A DNA stretch of 44,572 bases from an uncultured Spartobacteria bacterium (GCA_903826635.1 CAIKFI010000056.1:1-44572); one strand, 5' to 3'. Counted from the first letter of the stretch, positions 7,819 to 17,419 are shown. Translations and numbers: made by a program. Notes: generated by a model from the letters alone, not told the origin.

Positions 7819-9143
7819 CACCCCCTTCTGAACAGAGTGAACTTTCGGAACAAACAGGAGAGGAGGCCGCTTCTTCTGCATCGGTTCCCGAACCTACCGA
7901 TATCTCCACGCTGCAAAAGTTGAGCCATGCGGAATTACTCTCCTTGGCATCCTCACGAAACCTTTCGGTTTTCCATGACTCAACCCGCCACCATCTTATA
8001 CTCGATCTGGTCCGCGACCTTTTAAAGCGCGGGGGCATTGTCACCGCCGAGGGTATTCTCGAATTTGCACCCGAGGCTCCGATGATCCGTTGGCCTCTCG
8101 TGAACTTCAAGCCGACCCCTTGTGATCTTGCGCTCCCTATCCCTTTGCTCAGGCAATATGAATTACGACCAGGTTTGAAAATCTCTGGAACCGTACGTCT
8201 GGAAGGAGACCGGCGTCTTATGCTGGACACCCTTCATTCCATTGAAGGGATCCCGGTGGCGGAGTGGAAGACTCCCCCAGAATTCGAGAAGTTGACCGCT
8301 ATGTTTCCCAACAGAAGGATTCACCTTGAACAACCCGGTAAACATAACCCGACGGCCAGGGCCATCGATCTGATCTCCCCACTCGGAATGGGACAGCGAG
8401 GCCTCATCGTCGCCCCCCCCCGTGTGGGAAAGACCATGATGCTCAAAAGTCTTGCCCTGGCAATCCGGGCGAACCACCCAGACATCCGATTAATGCTCCT
8501 TCTCGTTGACGAGCGTCCCGAGGAGGTCACGGATCTAAGACGTGCCCTGGATTGCGATATTTTCAGTTCAACTTTTGATGAACCAACCAGCCGGCATGTC
8601 CAGGTTGCGGAGATGGTCTCTGAGAGATCCAAGCGTTTGGTGGAACTTGGAAAGGATGTTGTCGTGCTTGTCGACAGTGTCACAAGGCTCTCAAGGGGCT
8701 ACAATAACGGTATCAAAGGGAAGGGACGCACGATGAGTGGTGGTGTCGATGCAACCGCTTTGGCACGTCCAAAACGCTTCTTCGGATCAGCCCGCAATGT
8801 CGAGGAGGGCGGGAGCCTCACCATCCTGGCCACCGCACTAATCGAGACGCACAGCCGGATGGATGATCTGATCTTTGAGGAATACAAAGGAACGGGCAAC
8901 ATGGAGATCCACCTAGACCGTTCCATTATGGAACAGAGGATCTTCCCTGCGATCCACATCACGAAATCAGGCACCCGCCGCGAGGAACTTCTCTATCACC
9001 CGGACGAATACCAGCGTGTAACCCTTCTGCGCAAACAGCTTTCGGAAATTCCTGCAGTGGAGGCCATGCAGATCCTTGCCTTGAATCTCGAGACCACAAA
9101 AACAAATGCAGAGCTCCTGCTACAGGGATTGAAGGGACTTTAG
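7815..9143 (+). CDS. rho: Transcription termination factor Rho
   Basis: Walker [16 protein letters not shown], Walker [65 protein letters not shown]. The start overlaps the coaE stop (ATGA). Confidence 0.95.
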   Translation: MTPPSEQSELSEQTGEEAASSASVPEPTDISTLQKLSHAELLSLASSRNLSVFHDSTRHHLILDLVRDLLKRGGIVTAEGILEFAPEAPMIRWPLVNFKPTPCDLALPIPLLRQYELRPGLKISGTVRLEGDRRLMLDTLHSIEGIPVAEWKTPPEFEKLTAMFPNRRIHLEQPGKHNPTARAIDLISPLGMGQRGLIVAPPRVGKTMMLKSLALAIRANHPDIRLMLLLVDERPEEVTDLRRALDCDIFSSTFDEPTSRHVQVAEMVSERSKRLVELGKDVVVLVDSVTRLSRGYNNGIKGKGRTMSGGVDATALARPKRFFGSARNVEEGGSLTILATALIETHSRMDDLIFEEYKGTGNMEIHLDRSIMEQRIFPAIHITKSGTRREELLYHPDEYQRVTLLRKQLSEIPAVEAMQILALNLETTKTNAELLLQGLKGL

Positions 9144-9217
9144 AAAAAACAACCCCTCCCAAAATTCTCCTTCTCCATGGTGGAGCAATGATTTCTGAGA
9201 ATTTGGACCCGGGAAGT

Positions 9218-9853
9218 TCAGGGGATCGGTGGAGGCACCACGGAGATATTCCTGAGCACTCCGCTCCACTTATAGTAAACACAGATCAGAAATCCTGCGA
9301 TTCCTCCCCCGAGGTGAGCCATATGTCCGATCCCCTTCTCAAGACCCAAGAGAGAGCAAAGGAGGGAGGCCAGGATGACAATCCATCCCAAGGTGCGCGC
9401 CTTCATCCGGACCGGAATCACAAAAAAGATCAATGCTGTGATTTCAAGTTGAGGGAAGAGCGTGGCAAAACCCACAAGCAATGCGCAGACGGCTCCTGAT
9501 GCCCCGACCAGATCAATGCTTGTGGAGGAAGTGAATGTCTGAAGCAGTCCGCCGGCCACGATCCCAACGAAATAAAGAGACAAGTAACGCAATCCGCCGA
9601 GGATCTCCTCCAGCATGGGACCGGTGAACCAAAGAGCCACCATATTCACCAACAGATGCAAAAGATTGCCATGAAGAAAAGCATGCGAGACCAACTGCCA
9701 CCAGGCACCACCGACAAGCGTATCCCTGCTGAGCGCTAGCGCAGGGAAAAGGGATTCGTCAAAGAAGAATCGAAAGATTTCCTCCACCAGGAAAAAAGCA
9801 AGATTCACCCCTATCAAAACAAAGGTGCACGGAGCGGAATGAAGCTTGTTCAT
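9218..9853 (-). CDS. Rhomboid family intramembrane serine protease
   Basis: Polytopic membrane protein with the catalytic GASGAV motif (LVGASGAVCALL) and a downstream histidine helix, HMAHLGGGIAGF. Confidence 0.85.
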   Translation of the reverse strand: MNKLHSAPCTFVLIGVNLAFFLVEEIFRFFFDESLFPALALSRDTLVGGAWWQLVSHAFLHGNLLHLLVNMVALWFTGPMLEEILGGLRYLSLYFVGIVAGGLLQTFTSSTSIDLVGASGAVCALLVGFATLFPQLEITALIFFVIPVRMKARTLGWIVILASLLCSLLGLEKGIGHMAHLGGGIAGFLICVYYKWSGVLRNISVVPPPIP

Positions 9854-9876
9854 TCGTTTAAAGTTCTGAATTGCGG

Positions 9877-10767
9877 TTAACGTGCGGCAGGCACAATCAC
9901 GGGTAGAGCCCCCTGCTGAAGCGTAAAGGCGAGAGGGAGATAACCGACCATCTCCCCATCCAACTCATACGGAACGATTCCATTAGAGTGAAGCCGGAGC
10001 GAGGATGTCTGAAAATATTCCACATCGCCGAGTTCGGCGTGATGGCCCATCAGGATGGCATGCATGTAACGAAGAAGATCCCAAGGGCTTTGATTCTGGA
10101 AGACAAGGACATCCAGGAGTCCGTCACTGGAGGAACCTCTTCGAAACATCGTAAAGGGCCCTCCGTAAAAGCGACCATTCCCCAGCAGGACAAACGATCC
10201 CTCCCGGAGTTTTCCATCATGACTTTCCATCGTGATCCTTGAAGGCTTCCTAAGCGCCACCTGGGTCAAAGAGAGAAGGTAACTGACGGGCCCGAATGCT
10301 TTCTTGGACTGCCGCGATGTGCGACGGACAACTTCCGCATCCAAACCGACACCGGCCAACTGCACAAAATACCGCAATCCATCACCCGATTCGCAACGAG
10401 GCAGGTCAATATGACGAAGATTACCATTCTGGATAATCTCCCAGGCCTTGCTGATGGAGTTCAGCGGGATTCCCAACTCCAAGGCAAAGACATTCATGGT
10501 TCCGACCGGCAGAATTCCTAGCGAGACGCCCGAGATGCCCGAAGAAACAATGCCGTTCACCACCTCATTGATCGTTCCATCCCCACCAGCAGCTATGATC
10601 GTCGAGAAATTCTCCTTCAAGGCATTGCGGGCTATCTGCTCCGCATCGCCGGGCATCCTGCTCAGACGGACCTCCACGCCATCGCTCAGGGAATGAATCT
10701 CCTCCTCCAGGGAGGAGGCCCGGTCACTGTGAGCCGCCGGATTAAGGATGATTAAGGATTTCTTCAC
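9877..10767 (-). CDS. Diacylglycerol kinase-family lipid kinase (YegS/BmrU-like)
   Basis: LIILNPAAH N-terminus and the IIAAGGDGTINEV nucleotide-binding motif; ~296 aa. The start codon is GTG. It lies 23 nt upstream of the rhomboid gene on the same strand. Confidence 0.8.
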   Translation of the reverse strand: MKKSLIILNPAAHSDRASSLEEEIHSLSDGVEVRLSRMPGDAEQIARNALKENFSTIIAAGGDGTINEVVNGIVSSGISGVSLGILPVGTMNVFALELGIPLNSISKAWEIIQNGNLRHIDLPRCESGDGLRYFVQLAGVGLDAEVVRRTSRQSKKAFGPVSYLLSLTQVALRKPSRITMESHDGKLREGSFVLLGNGRFYGGPFTMFRRGSSSDGLLDVLVFQNQSPWDLLRYMHAILMGHHAELGDVEYFQTSSLRLHSNGIVPYELDGEMVGYLPLAFTLQQGALPVIVPAAR

Positions 10768-10769
10768 AC

Positions 10770-10803
10770 TTCACAAATTCTGCAGTCCATCTAACTTCTA
10801 CCT
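10770..10803 (+). promoter_or_regulatory. Candidate sigma70-type promoter abutting the start codon (leaderless-type geometry)
   Basis: TTCACA (10770-10775), 16-nt spacer, TAACTT (10792-10797), 6 nt, then GTG at 10804. Sequence pattern only; no transcript data. Confidence 0.35.
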
Positions 10804-12276
10804 GTGCGTTTGATTGCCAAGTCCATTTTTTCCGTGGTGGCTTTTCTTTTCGTTCTGGCCGTGTTGGCCTCCCTTGCCGGAAGCATCGTTTTACAGTCTC
10901 AGGCCGGAAGGGAACGTCTTGAGAAGACCCTGTCTGGAATCTGCAACCTACCCGTTTCGGTCAGGAGTTCCTATGCACTTCCACCCAACACCATAAGACT
11001 CTGTGGTGTTACAGTGGGACTTCCCGGAGAGCCCCCTCTCTTTACAGGGGATTCCATCTCGTTAAAGCCCGAACTCATGGCGCTCCTTCGGGGTCAATTC
11101 TTGATCGCATCAATCACATTGAACAAACCCTCTCTCCAACTGCGAAGCCGCATGATGGGAATGATGAAATCTGTGAGGAACCCAACTCCGATCTCAACAG
11201 GATTGGCAGCGACACAACCGAATCAAATCAATTCCCCCACTCCCTCCTCTTCAACGACTTTCACCTCTCCATCCTCTTCCTTCAATACTCCTCTTTCAGG
11301 ATCCATCCCTCTCACGGACCATTCTCTTAAACTGCCCTCATCACTAAAAATACTTACCATCTCGGATGGTAAGTTTTCACTGCTTGATGCCCAGGGGATC
11401 CCCTCACTGAACGTGGAGGGAATCGAACTTCACACCATGATTCCCGGAGAGACGTGGAAAGGAATCATTAAGGCTTCACGTGTGATCTACGAAAATCGTT
11501 TCATCTTCCACAACCTCTGCTCCCCATTCAGTTTCTCGGCGGCACGGGGCTCCCTTTCCCTGGATCCCCTAGAGTCAATTTTTGGAGGAGGCAAGCTTGT
11601 TGGAAAGGCCCTCTTTGATTTTACCTCCGCATCTCCGGCTTACTCCTTATCATTAAAGCTCACCGGAGCAACTCTCGGAGACTTGCTTGCCGGTGTATCC
11701 ATGGACGGCTCCCACACGGCAGGAACTGTGTCCGGTTCACTGGATCTCTCGGGCCTTATCGGTCAGGGTGCGACCATGTCTGGAAAAGGGAATCTAGCCT
11801 GCACGGGTGCCGTTATTCAGCCGGTAGGTTTTTTGAGGCAAATCGGTCAACTCCTCCAGGTCGAGGAACTGCAACTCTTGAAGGTGGCCGAAGGAAAATG
11901 CCTCTTCCGGATTGATGACGGTCGGATCGTGATCGATAACCTGATGCTTCGTTCCGAAAACCTCATCCTGTCCGCGAGGGGACCGCTTCAACCCTCGGGG
12001 GAACTCGACCTTGATTCCAGACTGCTCTTCAATGAAAAACTCACAGGCCGTTTGAAGGGACTCCTGGGTGCTCAACTTTCACCTGCCCCGGAAACAGGTT
12101 ACTCCCAGCTTGCCTTCCATGTTTCGGGAACTGCAATGAACCCCAAGACAGATCTTCTTGAACGCATCACAGGCCTTCGTATCGGCGGTGACCTGGGAGG
12201 CCTTCTTCAAGGGCTTTTCGGGCATCCATCCCCGCGTGTTCAATCAACTCCAACGGCAGGAAGTTCGTCACACTGA
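10804..12276 (+). CDS. AsmA-like / hypothetical envelope protein with N-terminal membrane anchor
   Basis: N-terminal anchor IFSVVAFLFVLAVLASLAGSIVL, a central S/T/P-rich stretch, and a C-terminal beta-rich region (LMLRSENLILSARGPLQPSGELDLDSRLLF) reminiscent of the AsmA family. This is a weak, by-eye assignment. GTG start. Confidence 0.4.
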   Translation: MRLIAKSIFSVVAFLFVLAVLASLAGSIVLQSQAGRERLEKTLSGICNLPVSVRSSYALPPNTIRLCGVTVGLPGEPPLFTGDSISLKPELMALLRGQFLIASITLNKPSLQLRSRMMGMMKSVRNPTPISTGLAATQPNQINSPTPSSSTTFTSPSSSFNTPLSGSIPLTDHSLKLPSSLKILTISDGKFSLLDAQGIPSLNVEGIELHTMIPGETWKGIIKASRVIYENRFIFHNLCSPFSFSAARGSLSLDPLESIFGGGKLVGKALFDFTSASPAYSLSLKLTGATLGDLLAGVSMDGSHTAGTVSGSLDLSGLIGQGATMSGKGNLACTGAVIQPVGFLRQIGQLLQVEELQLLKVAEGKCLFRIDDGRIVIDNLMLRSENLILSARGPLQPSGELDLDSRLLFNEKLTGRLKGLLGAQLSPAPETGYSQLAFHVSGTAMNPKTDLLERITGLRIGGDLGGLLQGLFGHPSPRVQSTPTAGSSSH

Positions 12277-12283
12277 TTGGCTC

Positions 12284-12844
12284 ATGAGAGTGATTGCGGG
12301 ATCTGCGGGCGGACTCAACCTTATCCCCCCAGGCAAGGGAACAAGGCCCACCATGGACCGGGTCAAGGGGGCCATCTTCTCCTCCTTGGGCGATCGGATT
12401 CCCCGGGCCAGGATCCTGGATCTTTTTGCCGGGAGCGGAGCCCTAGGCATCGAGGCACTTAGCCGGGGTGCCTCATCCGCAATTTTTGTCGAGCACCACG
12501 GGCCGACAGTCGCCCTTATCCGTCGAAATCTCAAGGCGACACGACTGGAGGGGAACGTCCAGCAGATGGATGCTTTTCGCTACATGGATCTCTATCTTGG
12601 AGCGGACAGCCTCGATGTGATCCTGGCGGATCCGCCGTATCTGAAGCATTTCAAGGGAGGCGAGGAGAATCCAGCGGACGCTCTTCTTGGCCATGCATCC
12701 GTTACCAAATCACTCGGAATAGAAGGCCTGCTTGTCCTAGAGTGTGAGCGACGCCAACCCCTTCCCTCACTGGGTTTGTGGGATATTCTATCGGACAGAA
12801 ATTACGGTGAGTCCCGTATCCTTATCCTGAGGAGACCAGCATGA
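12284..12844 (+). CDS. rsmD: 16S rRNA (guanine966-N2)-methyltransferase
   Basis: MRVIAGSAGG...TRPTMDRVKGAIFS N-terminus, SAM motif LDLFAGSGALGIEALSRGA, catalytic DPPY. ATG at 12284 is chosen because the 12158 start would overlap the upstream gene. Confidence 0.85.
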   Translation: MRVIAGSAGGLNLIPPGKGTRPTMDRVKGAIFSSLGDRIPRARILDLFAGSGALGIEALSRGASSAIFVEHHGPTVALIRRNLKATRLEGNVQQMDAFRYMDLYLGADSLDVILADPPYLKHFKGGEENPADALLGHASVTKSLGIEGLLVLECERRQPLPSLGLWDILSDRNYGESRILILRRPA

Positions 12845-14160
12845 AGAGAATCTCCCTGTTCATCTACAATCTCCTCTTTGTTCCGGCATTGCTGATCCTG
12901 CTTCCCGGATATCTTCTCAGGAATCGACGCCGCGGGGGATACGGAATCAAGCTTGCTCAGCGCTTTGGAATCATCCACCGGCAGACTGTTGATCGAATCG
13001 GCAAGGGGCGGATCTGGCTTCATGCGGTGAGCGTTGGAGAGATTGGCATCGGACTTCGATTTGCCCGGCGATACCGGGAACGCAATCCCGATGCCCGCTT
13101 CCTGATCAGCAGCACCACACCGACCGGCTTGAAGATTCTTGTGAAGGAGTCATCGGAATGGCTCGAACCCATGGCAAATCCGGTCGACGTTCCCATCCTA
13201 ACCTCGCATCTCGTGAAGAAGTTGGCTCCCTCGGCGCTCTTGATGGTGGAGGCGGACATTTGGCCGAACCGACTCGCCGCATGCTCTGCTCTAGGTATTC
13301 CAACGGCCCTACTCAATGCGCGTCTTTCAAATCGTTCCGAATCGCGTATGCGTTTCTTCCAACGGATCACCTCTCCACTCTTTAATGATCTTCAACTCAT
13401 CACGCTCTCGGAAATCGAGGATAGGGAACGTTGGATCTCCCTGGGTATTCGCCCCGAAATCCTGCACTGGACCGGCAACATGAAGCATGATCCCCAACTC
13501 GACGGGAAGACTTCTCTGTCAGTCCTGCCAAAAGAGACAGGTTGGAGTCCCGAGGATCCTCTGTTTCTTGCCGCAAGCACCCATGCCGGAGAGGAATCCG
13601 AAATTGCCAAAGCCTTCCTTGCCCTCCGTTTGAAAAGACCCAATCTGCGTCTGATGATCGCCCCCCGTCACGTGGAAAGACGTCAGGAAATTCTGGGCGA
13701 ACTCCGAACAATCGGGCTCTCCTGCTCTCTCCGCACCGGGAATAACGATGCTTCCTCGGAGGTCCTGTTGCTCGACACAACGGGAGAACTCTCGGCATGG
13801 TATCCCTTGGCCAAGGTGGTCTTTGTCGGCAAGAGCCTACCATGCTCTGTCAATCACGGAGGGCAAAATATGATCGAACCCCTGCAAGCGGGGTGCCCCG
13901 TGATCACGGGTCCACACACCGGCAACTTTGAACCGCTGGCCGGAAGACTTTCCGCAGCCGGTGCCCTGATCCGCGCTCACGACTCGGTCTCGATCGCCGT
14001 GGCTGTGGAAAAGCTTTTGGACAATGCAACCTTACGGGAAGGGATGATCCATTCAGCCGCCTCCATCCTTCGTCCCAATGAGGGAGCGACGATCCGCAAC
14101 TGCGAGTTGATCGAAAGCCTACTCGGGCGACCCTTCCCAAAAGAGCCTCGCCGCAAGTGA
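12841..14160 (+). CDS. waaA: 3-deoxy-D-manno-octulosonic acid (Kdo) transferase
   Basis: N-terminal anchor plus the hallmark WLHAVSVGE motif; ~439 aa; C-terminal GT-B half (GGQNMIEP). The start overlaps the rsmD stop (ATGA). Confidence 0.9.
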   Translation: MKRISLFIYNLLFVPALLILLPGYLLRNRRRGGYGIKLAQRFGIIHRQTVDRIGKGRIWLHAVSVGEIGIGLRFARRYRERNPDARFLISSTTPTGLKILVKESSEWLEPMANPVDVPILTSHLVKKLAPSALLMVEADIWPNRLAACSALGIPTALLNARLSNRSESRMRFFQRITSPLFNDLQLITLSEIEDRERWISLGIRPEILHWTGNMKHDPQLDGKTSLSVLPKETGWSPEDPLFLAASTHAGEESEIAKAFLALRLKRPNLRLMIAPRHVERRQEILGELRTIGLSCSLRTGNNDASSEVLLLDTTGELSAWYPLAKVVFVGKSLPCSVNHGGQNMIEPLQAGCPVITGPHTGNFEPLAGRLSAAGALIRAHDSVSIAVAVEKLLDNATLREGMIHSAASILRPNEGATIRNCELIESLLGRPFPKEPRRK

Positions 14161-16515
14161 CCAATCCCGCACGGCAACCCGTGCCCGCGCCAGTCTTCCC
14201 ATCTTGAGCCGGAGTTCGGGATCATCAATGAGTTGCTTCACCGCGGCGGTGAGTGCATCCAGATCGAGTCCCTTTGTCATGAAGCCGTCCTCACCATCAT
14301 TCACCAGATCTCTGGGTCCCCCCACATCCGAGACAATCACGGGCAATCCGCTGGCCTGTGCCTCGATCACCACATTTCCGAAGGTGTCCGTGGTGCTTGG
14401 GAAGACAAAGAAATCGGCAGAGGCATAAGCCGCCGAAAGTTCCTCTCCATGGAGGCTTCCGGTATAAATCCCCTCCGGAAGAAGTTCCCTCATCATCACA
14501 GCGTAGGGACCGTCACCCACGATCAGAGGTCGGACAGGCACACCGGCTGAAAGGAGACGCCTCATGACTGCGGCAAAAAGGTCCAGGTTCTTTTCCCGGG
14601 AAACACGCCCCACATAGAGCGCCCCCACCTCGCCGTCACGCAGACCGCGTTTTTTCCAAAAATCAGGATTCTTTTTTGAGGGATGAAAAAGGCCGGTGTC
14701 GAGCCCTCTGGGGAGAATTCTAAGTTTTTCAGGAGCAATTCCCCTCTCCACCCAGCAACGGCGGTAGTGGTCGGAATTCACATAAATCATGTCCATCTGG
14801 GAGTAAAACCAGTGCATGTAGTTCCAAGTGAGCGACTCCATCAACCCGTCTTCCGTCAAGATTCTGACATATTCAGGGAAATCTGTGTGGTAGATCCCGA
14901 CAATCGGAAGCCCCAGCACCCTTGCCGCAGCAAACGCCGCCAATCCGACAGGACCAGGGGTGCTGATGATCACTTCCGTGAAATTTCCAGACTGCAGGTG
15001 ATCAATGATCTGAAGAAGCGGAGGGAAGCTGAGCTTCTGCAACTCATACTCGGGAAGCTCGAACTCACCGATTGGAGGAAAGTTCTTGAGGGGTATTCCC
15101 GGTACCGACACCTCGTTCCTCGAAACCATGACCTCAACGAATTTTCCATTGGCCACAAGTTGCGCGCTCATGCGCTGGATCGTCGTCGAAACACCGTTCA
15201 CATCATCCAGCGTGTCGGTGAACCAAGCCCGTCTGGTGTTGTGAAGGACCTGCGGGACAGCGTTGCGTAAAGCCGTGGCTGCATCCCTGAGGCGGAATCG
15301 GGAGGGTGTCCTGAATGCGTAGAGATAAGGGCTCAGGAGAGCAACCAGCGGAACAACCGGGCCGATCATCTGGATGCTTTCCAGAAAACGACCCTCTAGA
15401 AGCTGCTGCAGGAACTGAAGGGTCAGTCTGTAGGCAAGACGGCTTGCCATCATGTTCGCCATGAGAAAGGCCCTTCGACTAGGCTCCTCGACCCCCTCGA
15501 GTTCCTTGTTCAATTCGGCTCTCATCGCCGGTTCGTGAATGGAATTGGAAAGCTCTTTCCAAAGTGACCGGGGGCCGGGATTGGCAAGTTCGAAAATTTT
15601 TCCACTGGCGATTCCCTGTGCCAAAAAAGCGATCTTTTCACCGGCAGTGAATGTCGTCGGATCCCTGCCTTCCATGAAACGGCCGAATGCCTTCTCGACA
15701 AGGCGTAGTGTCGGGGAGGCCGCATGACCTGCCAGACGCTCCTTCGCATGGGAGAAGGCAACCTGATACGTCTCCAGAGCCGTTCGGAGGGGGGAACCGG
15801 AGTTTCCGAGGGACTCACAACTTCCTTCACGTAGGAGCTTCAGGAATTGCGCGACATCGCGCACCGGTTGCGTCTCTGTCCAAGCATGTCCGGGTGTCCT
15901 TCCACCATGGTCGTCGGAGCCACCGAACCAGACTTTTTCCCAAGGATCACGGTGCGTCGGCTGAAGCCCGGTCACCGAGCAGAAGCGTTCGATATCCTCC
16001 CGCCTCAAATCAAAAAGATATCGCGAAACATTCGTGATCAGTGTCCCGTCCCGACCGTTCACGCCCTCAAAGTGGCGGAAGAGCAATGCCAAACGCATGA
16101 GATGAACGGGACGCAACCTGTCCTCAAGCCCCCTCAATGGACTTGCCACCCCATGCGCAATCTCTTTCTGTGCAAGATACTGCTGAAGTTCATAAATGTT
16201 GGATCTGAGTTGCTGAATTTCCCTGTGCTGAACCTCAGTGATTCCCCAGACCAAGAGGGAAATGCGACAACCATCCTCGGGAAAGAGGGCACTCACCGAT
16301 TCGCTGAGGAACACCCCGGGAAGATCGGCCACTTCCAAACAGCCTCCCAACGAGTCGTCGTCCGTAAAGGTGATGAAATCCATCCCCGCCTCCCTTAACT
16401 TGAGATATAGAACCTTCGGGTCGGAAACACTTGCCGGGACGTCGAGTCGACGAAGGAGCCACTCGGAAGATCGTCTGCTGTGACGGGTATGAAGATGGAG
16501 ATCGGCGCGTGACAT
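14119..16515 (-). CDS. Fusion protein: N-terminal PHP-family phosphoesterase domain, ~200-aa linker with a hydrophobic segment, C-terminal GT4 (group 1) glycosyltransferase
   Basis: PHP signature ADLHLHTRHS at the N-terminus and GGSDDHGG about 200 aa in. GT4 part: AWFTDTLDDVNGVSTT ... GRVSREKNLDLF ... FVFPSTTDTFGNVVIEAQASGLPVIVSDVGGPRDLV. Hydrophobic stretch IQMIGPVVPLVALLSPYLYAF sits between the domains. Confidence 0.75.
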   Translation of the reverse strand: MSRADLHLHTRHSRRSSEWLLRRLDVPASVSDPKVLYLKLREAGMDFITFTDDDSLGGCLEVADLPGVFLSESVSALFPEDGCRISLLVWGITEVQHREIQQLRSNIYELQQYLAQKEIAHGVASPLRGLEDRLRPVHLMRLALLFRHFEGVNGRDGTLITNVSRYLFDLRREDIERFCSVTGLQPTHRDPWEKVWFGGSDDHGGRTPGHAWTETQPVRDVAQFLKLLREGSCESLGNSGSPLRTALETYQVAFSHAKERLAGHAASPTLRLVEKAFGRFMEGRDPTTFTAGEKIAFLAQGIASGKIFELANPGPRSLWKELSNSIHEPAMRAELNKELEGVEEPSRRAFLMANMMASRLAYRLTLQFLQQLLEGRFLESIQMIGPVVPLVALLSPYLYAFRTPSRFRLRDAATALRNAVPQVLHNTRRAWFTDTLDDVNGVSTTIQRMSAQLVANGKFVEVMVSRNEVSVPGIPLKNFPPIGEFELPEYELQKLSFPPLLQIIDHLQSGNFTEVIISTPGPVGLAAFAAARVLGLPIVGIYHTDFPEYVRILTEDGLMESLTWNYMHWFYSQMDMIYVNSDHYRRCWVERGIAPEKLRILPRGLDTGLFHPSKKNPDFWKKRGLRDGEVGALYVGRVSREKNLDLFAAVMRRLLSAGVPVRPLIVGDGPYAVMMRELLPEGIYTGSLHGEELSAAYASADFFVFPSTTDTFGNVVIEAQASGLPVIVSDVGGPRDLVNDGEDGFMTKGLDLDALTAAVKQLIDDPELRLKMGRLARARVAVRDWSLAARLFWEGSPE

Positions 16516-16517
16516 GG

Positions 16518-17369
16518 CTATCGAAGGTCCGCTCTTTCATGAACGCTTGAACGCCATAGGTCGAGCCAATCCCTGTAGGTGGTGACCCGTCGATCGGTGA
16601 TTGCCCTGCGGATAAGCCCAAGGATGTGCGAGCGGATCGAGGGGTGCTCCCAATCGGGAGGATGAAGGCCAAGACGCACCAAGGGGGTATCTTTCAAAAC
16701 CCTCAGGAGCATTTCGTTCCAGAGCAGACTCACGGAACGCCGCCAAGGGGACCTGACACTGTAGACCAGACTTCGGGAACGGAACTCCCTTCCTTCCCCG
16801 TAATCCTTGACCCTGTTGATCACCGTCGTGTACCGGAACCCCATCTCCTTCACGGCTCGCTCGGCCTCTCGGCCCAGCAACCAAGCCGGGGCAATAAAAC
16901 CAGGAGAATTGAGGCCGCAAGCCTCGAAGGTTGCCTTTCCCCTCTTAAGTAATTCAGAGGCCTCCGCGAACGGCAGATCGTAGAACTCCCCCTCTCCGGC
17001 CGTATAGGAGCGTGTGACGAAACGCGTGACCATCCCCTCGCCCTGATGCTTGCGCCTAAGATGATGAAATCCGTGCAGGACGGCCTCATGACCAGTTGCC
17101 ACAAGAGAGGCAAGCCAGGAGGAAAAATCAGGGTCAAGATCGATTCTTCCAAGGTGATGATGATCAGGGATCACTAACAGTGAGGTGAGCGGTATGCCGA
17201 CAGCTTTCAAATCGTTCAGCATCCGCATCACGACTCCGCGGGTCGATGGGGAAACATCGTGGATCGAGACGACCAGGGATTTTTCCATCTCCCCCCGGTT
17301 GAAAAGGGCCTTCTCCGGGGTAATCCCGGCACCGGGAAGAGCGCCGGAAATGGAGGGAGCAGTTTGCAT
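16518..17369 (-). CDS. DUF2334-family predicted polysaccharide deacetylase-like protein
   Basis: LVVSIHDVSPST near the N-terminus, VIPDHHH and LHGFHHL His clusters; ~280 aa. Its stop lies 2 nt from the start of the PHP-GT4 gene. An internal ATG at 17288 (MEKSLVVSIHDV) is an alternative start. Confidence 0.6.
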   Translation of the reverse strand: MQTAPSISGALPGAGITPEKALFNRGEMEKSLVVSIHDVSPSTRGVVMRMLNDLKAVGIPLTSLLVIPDHHHLGRIDLDPDFSSWLASLVATGHEAVLHGFHHLRRKHQGEGMVTRFVTRSYTAGEGEFYDLPFAEASELLKRGKATFEACGLNSPGFIAPAWLLGREAERAVKEMGFRYTTVINRVKDYGEGREFRSRSLVYSVRSPWRRSVSLLWNEMLLRVLKDTPLVRLGLHPPDWEHPSIRSHILGLIRRAITDRRVTTYRDWLDLWRSSVHERADLR

Positions 17370-17419
17370 TGGCGGTAGGTTATGTTATCTGATGTAGTCA
17401 GAGACCGATCTTAAGAGCA

